Assembly: GCA_040377305.1 (NCBI GenBank)
Contig: JBEIPA010000050.1
Span: 1 to 17,906, forward strand
DNA length: 17,906 bases
From: Flavobacteriales bacterium
GTDB lineage: Bacteria > Bacteroidota > Bacteroidia > Palsa-965
Direction: 5' to 3'
Both the position numbers and the translations under genes were made by a program. The notes beneath the pieces were generated by a model that searched no databases, was not told the origin of the DNA, and saw only the letters and a program-made list of their open reading frames with translations. Positions 1 to 6,099 of this stretch are shown here, piece by piece (the first letter of the stretch is position 1; each line of letters starts with the position of its first letter).

Positions 1-49
<49 letters not shown>

Positions 50-1561
50 TCTGATGAACTGGACTTCGACATTCACGACATCAATCGTTTCAAAAAAGAT
101 CCGGAGATCAAAAAATATCTCAAAGCCGGAGATGCGATTGGTTGTTTCTATGTAGAGTCGCCTGCAATGCGGATGCTACTGACGAAACTTCGCGCCGATG
201 ATTATCTGCGATTGGTTGCAGCGAGTTCCATCATTCGTCCTGGAGTTTCCCAAAGCGGAATGATGAACGAGTACATCAATCGTTTTCACAACGAAGAGTT
301 GCGCGAGAAAGCGAAAAGCGATTTGCCGGAACTTTACACCATTCTCGAAGAAACATTCGGAGTGATGGTGTACCAGGAAGACGTGATCAAAGTGGCGCAT
401 TACTTTGCAGATCTTCCTTTGTCGGATGCAGACATTTTACGAAGAGGAATGTCGTGGAAATTCCGTGAACGTTCGCAGTTCGATCTGGTGAAGAAACAGT
501 TCTTCGATAATTGCCGTGCGAAAGGTTATCTCACAAAAACCATTGACGGAATATGGACGCAGATTGAAAGCTTTGCCAACTACGCATTCTCGAAAGGACA
601 TTCCGCGAGTTATGCCGTGGAAAGTTACCAGGCGCTATTTCTGAAAGTGCATTATCCGCTCGAGTACATGGTGGCCACGCTGAACAATGGCGGAGGATTT
701 TATCGCGCGGATGTGTACTTGCACGAAGCAAGAAAATACGGCGCAACCATTGAGCTTCCTTGTGTGAACCGCAGTCAGGGTTTGTGTGTGATCTACGGCA
801 AAACGATTTTCATCGGAATGGGTTTCATCAATGGCGTAGAAACGTCGTTGATAAACACCATCGTCAACGAACGCGTGCAGCATGGCGAGTTCGCCTCTCT
901 TCGTGATTTTCTCGTGCGCATACATCTTTCACTGGAGGCTTTGCTTCCGCTGATTCGCATAGGTGCATTTCGATTCACCGGAAAATCGAAAAAAGAATTG
1001 TTGTGGGATGCACATTTCATGTTGTCGGAATCGAAGAAGACCGCACCCGCAGCCAATCTTTTCGAAGTAGAAGTGAAACAGTTTACCATTCCCGAATTGT
1101 GGACGCATGAACTCGAAGACGCGTACGATGAAATGGAACTGATTGGTTATCCGATCAACACTTCTCCCTTTGCGATGTTGCGCGAAGTTCCCGATCTGCC
1201 ATTGGTGGCGAAAGATATTCCGGCGAACATTGGAAAAGAAGTATCACTGTTGCTTTATCTCGTAAACACGAAGTACACACAAACACTCAAAGGTGTGCCC
1301 ATGAATTTCGGAACGTGGTACGATATGCAGGGCGCGTGGGTTGACACTGTTCACTTTCCGCAATCGGCCGCCATGTTTCCATTTCAGGGACCCGGTTGTT
1401 ACATCGTCAAAGGACTGGTAATGGAAGAGTACGGCTTCTACACCATCGACGTGCAGCACATGGAACGTTTGGCGATGAAGGATATGGAAATTGTTACATC
1501 GCGGTTGAAACCGGTGACGCGCGAGTCGCAAACCAGCACAGAGAAACAATTGGGTGGCTGA
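50..1561 (+). CDS. dnaE: DNA polymerase III alpha subunit, 5'-truncated (accessory/error-prone Bacteroidota DnaE type)
   Basis: Frame is open upstream of the ORF-track Met at 167 and reads DFDIHDINRFKKDPEIKKYLKAGDAIGCFYVESPAMR. DnaE motifs: IIRPG, GVMVYQEDVI, ADILRRGM, FANYAFSKGHSASYA, YPLEY, LPCVNRS, then HhH region and a short C-terminal OB-like region. The PHP domain and catalytic Asp residues lie outside the window. The error-prone assignment is inferred from the variant motifs and the SRAP neighbour. Confidence 0.93.
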   Translation, partial: SDELDFDIHDINRFKKDPEIKKYLKAGDAIGCFYVESPAMRMLLTKLRADDYLRLVAASSIIRPGVSQSGMMNEYINRFHNEELREKAKSDLPELYTILEETFGVMVYQEDVIKVAHYFADLPLSDADILRRGMSWKFRERSQFDLVKKQFFDNCRAKGYLTKTIDGIWTQIESFANYAFSKGHSASYAVESYQALFLKVHYPLEYMVATLNNGGGFYRADVYLHEARKYGATIELPCVNRSQGLCVIYGKTIFIGMGFINGVETSLINTIVNERVQHGEFASLRDFLVRIHLSLEALLPLIRIGAFRFTGKSKKELLWDAHFMLSESKKTAPAANLFEVEVKQFTIPELWTHELEDAYDEMELIGYPINTSPFAMLREVPDLPLVAKDIPANIGKEVSLLLYLVNTKYTQTLKGVPMNFGTWYDMQGAWVDTVHFPQSAAMFPFQGPGCYIVKGLVMEEYGFYTIDVQHMERLAMKDMEIVTSRLKPVTRESQTSTEKQLGG

Positions 1562-1718
1562 TGTTTTGCCCCTCTGGGGCAATTTGATGCTCATCATTTA
1601 TTTAGGCAATACATGTTTGGCTTCTCTGAAGCCTCCGTGATAAATGGTTCCTGCGGAACCAAACATGTATTGCCTAAGATATTTTAAAAATTCAAATTGC
1701 CCCAGATGGGCAAAACAT
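1561..1718. repeat. Nested inverted-repeat element made of four REP-like hairpin units
   Basis: Outer IR 1561-1587/1692-1718 (26/27 match). Inner IR 1602-1620/1659-1677 (19/19). Four units of ATGTTT + 6-bp stem + 3-nt loop at 1561-1581 (+), 1613-1633 (+), 1646-1666 (-), 1698-1718 (-). Confidence 0.9.
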
Positions 1719-2412
1719 GATGAAAACATTCTCCATCGCCACAACACCCGCTGAAATTGCGACACGCACAAACGTCGCATCTCTCATCGACTATACTCCC
1801 GTGTACCAGGCACGCCCCGGAATGAAAACACCCATCATCATCTGGCGTTACGGTAAACCCGAAATCGTAATGGCCATGTGGGGAATGCGTTCGAGTTCGG
1901 CATACAATACCATTCACATGTCGCGCGTATTAAAGTCGCGCCCGTGGAATGTGTTGATCCGCACACACCGCTGTGCAATTGCGGCAAACTGTATTGTTGT
2001 GCAGAAAAACAAAGAGGCGTATCTCGTTCGTCTTCCGCAGCATCGTTTGTTTCTGATGGGCGGTGTGTATCAGCAGAAGGGTGATGATTTTCATTATACC
2101 ATTCTGGAAATCGAATCGCCTGATATCATTGCGCCGCTTGCCGACAACTCACCCTTGTTCATTCACAACGATCGCATTCAGAAGTGGCTGCAGGCAACAG
2201 AGCTCGATTCAATTTTTCGTTTCGCGGATAAATCGGGAAACAATTACTTCGATTACTTCAAAGTGAATCCGAAGATTCTCAACCCGAAAGAAAATGACCG
2301 CGAACTGCTCATTCCGCAAGGCATGACACACGCGGAATATGTAGCACGGCAGAAGCAGGTAATGTCATTGAGTTTTGAGAAGGAAAGGGCGAATAGGAGA
2401 AACGGGAAATAG
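1717..2412 (+). CDS. SOS response-associated peptidase (SRAP/YedK/HMCES) family protein, catalytically degenerate
   Basis: Collinear SRAP motifs: MMKTF (cf. MCGRF), PVYQARPG (P.YNIAP), MAMWGM (MRWGL), RCAIAAN (RCLIPAD), LFLMGGVY (FAFAGLW), YTIL (FTII), PLADNSPLFI (IHDRMPVIL), KWL, YFKVNPKI.NP..ND.ELL. 231 aa, directly after dnaE. Confidence 0.82.
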   Translation: MMKTFSIATTPAEIATRTNVASLIDYTPVYQARPGMKTPIIIWRYGKPEIVMAMWGMRSSSAYNTIHMSRVLKSRPWNVLIRTHRCAIAANCIVVQKNKEAYLVRLPQHRLFLMGGVYQQKGDDFHYTILEIESPDIIAPLADNSPLFIHNDRIQKWLQATELDSIFRFADKSGNNYFDYFKVNPKILNPKENDRELLIPQGMTHAEYVARQKQVMSLSFEKERANRRNGK

Positions 2413-2418
2413 CAAACG

Positions 2419-2470
2419 GTTACCGTCATCGCGATCCCGATAGCTATCGTGCCTCGCGATGACGGTCAAC
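2419..2470. terminator. REP-like hairpin between convergent genes, probable bidirectional terminator
   Basis: Perfect 13-bp IR ACCGTCATCGCGA (2422-2434)/TCGCGATGACGGT (2454-2466) enclosing the palindrome CGATAGCTATCG (2438-2449). No clear U-tract. Confidence 0.6.
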
Positions 2471-2490
2471 AGCCTTCCTGTTCCGATCAG

Positions 2491-2952
2491 TTAGTAAACG
2501 TAATTATAGTCATCACCGAAACCGTAGTACGCGAATTCGTACATAACCGCATAGTACAATGACACTGCTGCGTAAATCGATGAAAGAATAATCAGCAGAA
2601 CACGTATTTGTGTTTTCTTCGGGAGCATTAACGCAATGAACAACGGAAGACCGATCCACGCGAGTTTAACCAGATAGTGCAGGTATCGGGTAATTGAATA
2701 CACCCAGCCTCCGAGCCAATCAGGAGAATAATTCACGATTATTTCTCCCATCAGAAGAAAACAAATTGCAATAAGAATTTTCTTATAGAGCGTTTCCTTT
2801 GGGGTTTCAACGGCGTCACCACCATGTATAGGTGGAGCATGAAAGTGCTGTTGTTGCTGCTGCTGGTATGTAAACTGCGCCAGATTCAGCTGACAATTCG
2901 GACAAAACTGTGCGCCTTGTGCGAGAAACATATTACAACGTGGACAATTCAT
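2491..2952 (-). CDS. Zinc-ribbon-containing membrane protein
   Basis: N-terminal CPRC-x10-FCPNC zinc ribbon, Q6 linker, three hydrophobic segments; 12 bp downstream of the DMT gene. Confidence 0.8.
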   Translation of the reverse strand: MNCPRCNMFLAQGAQFCPNCQLNLAQFTYQQQQQQHFHAPPIHGGDAVETPKETLYKKILIAICFLLMGEIIVNYSPDWLGGWVYSITRYLHYLVKLAWIGLPLFIALMLPKKTQIRVLLIILSSIYAAVSLYYAVMYEFAYYGFGDDYNYVY

Positions 2953-2964
2953 CGGAGTACCATT

Positions 2965-3333
2965 TTATTTTTTGAAAATGAAGTAAGCCGCGAGTGCGAG
3001 TAAAACAAATCCGACTGCGTGGTTCCACCGGAAAGTATCGTTCTTGAAAAATACAAGTGCAAAGATCACGAATACCACGAGCGTAATAATTTCCTGAATG
3101 GCTTTGAGTTGCCAGATTGAAAATGGACCGCCGTGTTCAGTGCTTCCCATTCTGTTCGCCGGTACTTGCAGACAATATTCGAAGAATGCAATTCCCCAAC
3201 TGACCATCACCAAACCGAACAATCCGATTTTCGCGAACCAACCCCACTGCGCGAATTTGATGTGACCGTACCACGCGAGTGTCATGAACACATTCGAGAG
3301 TACCAGCAAGCCAATCGTCGACCAGGTTTTCAT
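2965..3333 (-). CDS. DMT family small membrane protein (DUF486/DMT_6 type)
   Basis: Signature motifs SNVFMTLAWYGH, SWGIAFFEYCLQVPANRMG, QLKAIQEIITL; four TM helices in 122 aa. Confidence 0.93.
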   Translation of the reverse strand: MKTWSTIGLLVLSNVFMTLAWYGHIKFAQWGWFAKIGLFGLVMVSWGIAFFEYCLQVPANRMGSTEHGGPFSIWQLKAIQEIITLVVFVIFALVFFKNDTFRWNHAVGFVLLALAAYFIFKK

Positions 3334-3340
3334 ACGCTAT

Positions 3341-4231
3341 TTACTTCGAGCGTATGTACACCACTCCGAAAATCACCAGGAAGATTCCATTGATCAGGCA
3401 CCACATGAAGAATTCCATCCCTCCGTTGCGCTTATCGCCGGTAACTTCAAACAGAATTACATCTTCGCTTACATCAAATCCATATTCGGTGTAAAAGAAT
3501 TCCTTCTGATCAGTATCCATTCCTTCCCATCCGAAGTTTCGCGCAACACCGGTGAACTCGATTGCGTCCTCGTCTGTGTTTTCATACTCGGTCTCGTCGA
3601 ATTTCAGAACCACCTGTATCGGATCACCCTCCTCCCACGTTTCGTGTACAATCGGAGTGAAATACGTAATTGTCGTCGTCGAACCTTTCGTGTATGTTTC
3701 CTCCAATTGCTCCTGCAACGGATAGCCATACAACGTCATGTTGTTCGATTCATATTCTCCAGCAACCAGTTCTTCTACGAACACTTCACTATCGTATCCG
3801 AAATCAAAAAAGTGACGCAACCCCGAAAACATGAAAGTCGTTGTAAGCGCGAGGATAACAATCATAGCCGACAATGCACCAATTTTTTTCGGATCAGTCG
3901 TCTTCATGATTTTGAATGCCTCTTTCTTATCGAGATGATTCAACCCTTTCTGAGGAATCATAGCATTCAACCCTTCTACAACTGCTGCAAATCCGGGCTC
4001 ACCAAGCTGCGCAAACATCTGCACTTTTTTCTGCTTACCCGATTCGTGTGTGTAAGTGATAAAAAGTGAACGATACGTTTTGTCTTCATAAACGTACCAA
4101 TTGAGAATACTCAGAAAAGGAATTGTCGTCGTTCTGAATGGTCCTTGCTTGATCGTAATATTCATGCCATCGTACACCAGACTGTTCTTGTTAGTCATGT
4201 ACGAGAAAATGTATTCGTGTCCTGTGATCAT
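3341..4231 (-). CDS. Hypothetical two-TM membrane protein
   Basis: 296-aa ORF: basic N-terminal beta-rich domain, TM (IGALSAMIVILALTTTFMF), strongly acidic middle domain, C-terminal TM. Promoter box upstream and 7-bp gap to the DMT gene. Confidence 0.8.
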   Translation of the reverse strand: MITGHEYIFSYMTNKNSLVYDGMNITIKQGPFRTTTIPFLSILNWYVYEDKTYRSLFITYTHESGKQKKVQMFAQLGEPGFAAVVEGLNAMIPQKGLNHLDKKEAFKIMKTTDPKKIGALSAMIVILALTTTFMFSGLRHFFDFGYDSEVFVEELVAGEYESNNMTLYGYPLQEQLEETYTKGSTTTITYFTPIVHETWEEGDPIQVVLKFDETEYENTDEDAIEFTGVARNFGWEGMDTDQKEFFYTEYGFDVSEDVILFEVTGDKRNGGMEFFMWCLINGIFLVIFGVVYIRSK

Positions 4232-4252
4232 AGGTAGTGTTTGCTAGGTTCC

Positions 4253-4260
4253 CGAATATA
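4253..4260 (-). promoter_or_regulatory. Putative Bacteroidota primary-sigma -7 box (TATATTCG)
   Basis: One-mismatch variant of the TAnnTTTG consensus, 21 nt upstream of the start at 4231. Confidence 0.5.
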
Positions 4261-4314
4261 CAACCTTCCCTTTTACCTCTGAGAAAAGTGTGAAAAAACA
4301 CCTAAAACATATAA

Positions 4315-4528
4315 TGCCTGCGGCGCTTACCACGGCGACGCAGCGTAACGGCGAAATATTTTAGTGTTGACGTTGTTAACCCAACCGGAGGTCACGGCGC
4401 CGTTATCGCCGGTTGGGAATAGGGCAGCTTTTAGAATATATTGGGGTAAACCGCGAATGCTAATTCCGTTTTTAGTTTTCGCACCTCAACGCCGAAACAC
4501 CGTGTCGCCGCGGTGAGCGCCGCAGGCA
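4315..4528. repeat. 214-bp fold-back element (MITE/REPIN-like or structured ncRNA)
   Basis: 39-bp terminal IR 4315-4353/4490-4528 (32/39 match). Internal imperfect palindrome 4380-4417 and second hairpin 4441-4489. Confidence 0.8.
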
Positions 4529-4536
4529 ACCGGGAA

Positions 4537-5178
4537 CTAGTTGATCCGAAATGCCTTCTTTAGTGAAGAAACAATCGTCGTCGCAAGTATAGCCCCGAGC
4601 GTCGCCAAGAACATATCCTTCTGCGCATCCCAAATATCCCCTTGTGTGCCCAGATAGGCAGAACCTTGTGCCTGGAAGAATATATCGGCAACCGCCCATT
4701 CGACCAGCTCGTAAAGACCGCTGATGGAAAGTGTAAGCTCAATAGGCAACGCCCAACCTACCCACGCAGGAAATTTGTACCAGCGAATAAACATTTCACG
4801 CCACGGATATGCAAGCAGAAATCCAAATGAGAAGTGAACAATGCGATCGTAGTGATTACGCTCCCACCCCATTGTGTCCTTGAGCCAGTATCCGAATGGA
4901 TTTTCAGCATACGTGTATTTTGCTCCGTACACGTGTAGACAGAGATAAACAGTGATCAGCAAATAACTTAGATCGCTGAATTGATTTTTGGTGTAGCTCC
5001 AGAACAGAAATCCGAGAAACACAAACACCAGTGCGTTCTCGAGTATCCAGTTGCTCCACTCGGTTTGTCCGATTGCCGTAGATATCCACACACCGAAAAA
5101 CGTAAGTGTAAATACTTGTAACCACCGGTTCTTCGCGAATGGTGTGCGTGTCGGGGAAACTGCGTTTGTGAATGCCAT
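4537..5178 (-). CDS. DUF2238 (YjdF-like) inner-membrane protein
   Basis: Motifs W.LEN, LHVYGAKYTYAENPFG, RNHYDRIVHFSFG, YELVEW, YLGTQGDIWDAQKDM. Confidence 0.93.
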   Translation of the reverse strand: MAFTNAVSPTRTPFAKNRWLQVFTLTFFGVWISTAIGQTEWSNWILENALVFVFLGFLFWSYTKNQFSDLSYLLITVYLCLHVYGAKYTYAENPFGYWLKDTMGWERNHYDRIVHFSFGFLLAYPWREMFIRWYKFPAWVGWALPIELTLSISGLYELVEWAVADIFFQAQGSAYLGTQGDIWDAQKDMFLATLGAILATTIVSSLKKAFRIN

Positions 5179-5190
5179 ACTGTTCTATGT

Positions 5191-5226
5191 CTTTGCGGTC
5201 CTTTGCGCCTCAGCGCCTTTGTAGTT
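5191..5226. repeat. Short degenerate tandem repeat (CTTTGCGC-like, 4 units)
   Basis: ctttgcggtc ctttgcgc ctcagcgc ctttgtag in the 5' region of the DUF2238 gene. Confidence 0.6.
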
Positions 5227-5276
5227 TAATGACCATGAAAATCGCGGGCCTCACAACAAAGCCGTAATCCCGGTCC

Positions 5277-5966
5277 TCACGAGTTGAAAAAGTTCTCAGC
5301 CGTTTGTCTCAGCAACATCACATCCATCTGCTCAATCGGATGAGGCGTATTCTCCAGCACAGTGAATCCAGCATTATGCAACAAACGACAAACATGAATC
5401 GTTTCTTCCAAGGAAACCATCGTATCTCCATCGCCCACTGCAAGCTGTACAATATGTTTGATTGATCTGAAATCTTCGTCACTTAACGGAGGTTGTTCTC
5501 CCATCGCTAACATCATCTCGGCAGTCTTGCTAAGAACCACTTCCCAACTAGCCGGCGCATGCCGTTGCTTCAGTACTTCTGCAAACTTCGGAACTTTCTC
5601 TGCAATCTTTTTCGGATCAAGCATCTTCACTTCCTTATGTGAAGTAGGAACATCCCAGGCAAGTTTCGTTGCAACCGTCAGAATTTTGCCTACACGTTCC
5701 GGATAATGTTTCGCCATGTATAGCGCAACATATCCGCCCATGCTGTAACCGAAAATGTCCATTTTACTAATGCGGTACTCGTCCATCCAGGAAACTACTT
5801 CATCTGCAAACAAAGAAATGCTGAAAGGTGTTTCCGGAATTTCTCTTCCTCCGTGGCCCCAAAAATTAAACACCGTCGTATCAAATCCTGAATCAACCAG
5901 GTGAGATTGCAAAGGCTTCAACTGTTCGGAAGAACCGATAGCACCGTGAAGTAAGATAAGAGGCAT
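5277..5966 (-). CDS. Alpha/beta fold hydrolase
   Basis: LLHG oxyanion motif, GHG, nucleophile elbow GYSMGG, GDGD acid region, TPH histidine. Confidence 0.93.
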   Translation of the reverse strand: MPLILLHGAIGSSEQLKPLQSHLVDSGFDTTVFNFWGHGGREIPETPFSISLFADEVVSWMDEYRISKMDIFGYSMGGYVALYMAKHYPERVGKILTVATKLAWDVPTSHKEVKMLDPKKIAEKVPKFAEVLKQRHAPASWEVVLSKTAEMMLAMGEQPPLSDEDFRSIKHIVQLAVGDGDTMVSLEETIHVCRLLHNAGFTVLENTPHPIEQMDVMLLRQTAENFFNS

Positions 5967-5969
5967 GTG

Positions 5970-5977
5970 CGAAAATA
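5970..5977 (-). promoter_or_regulatory. Putative -7 box TATTTTCG, implying a leaderless transcript
   Basis: Minus strand reads TATTTTCG-CAC-ATG, with the box 3 nt before the hydrolase start codon. Confidence 0.55.
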
Positions 5978-5980
5978 GTC

Positions 5981-6099
5981 AATTTGTTAATGTGCTAGTT
6001 TGCTAATGTGCTAAACACACAAGCCACAAATGAAAGAGCGTGGTATCATTGACACCACGCTCTTTTAGCACATTAGCATATTAACCAATTAGCACATTA
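5981..6099. repeat. Inverted arrays of an octamer (AATGTGCT / TTAGCACA) flanking a terminator
   Basis: Left 5981-6012: aatttgtt aatgtgct agtttgct aatgtgct. Right 6065-6096: ttagcaca ttagcata ttaaccaa ttagcaca. Confidence 0.85.
6033..6065 (-). terminator. Rho-independent terminator of prc
   Basis: 12-bp perfect stem AAAGAGCGTGGT (6033-6044)/ACCACGCTCTTT (6054-6065), 34 nt after the prc stop. Confidence 0.75.

Noticed and set aside
1562-1716. Bacteroidota SOS box (GGA-N5-TCC or CTAA-N5-TTAG) upstream of SRAP
   Set aside because: No exact match found by eye; the operon promoter probably lies upstream of dnaE, outside the window.
1561-1718. Retron msr-msd (a1/a2 arms), CRISPR or TIGR-type array
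   Set aside because: No reverse transcriptase, Cas or Tas-like gene in the window; units are inverted and nested rather than direct repeats with spacers.
3284-4069. 261-aa plus-strand ORF
   Set aside because: Antisense shadow of the 3341-4231 gene with no recognisable motifs. The other short overlapping ORFs in the track were rejected for the same reason.
4315-4528. 6S RNA, SRP RNA or riboswitch
   Set aside because: No recognisable conserved motifs, and the branched, asymmetric interior does not fit a 6S rod; not formally excluded without an Rfam scan.
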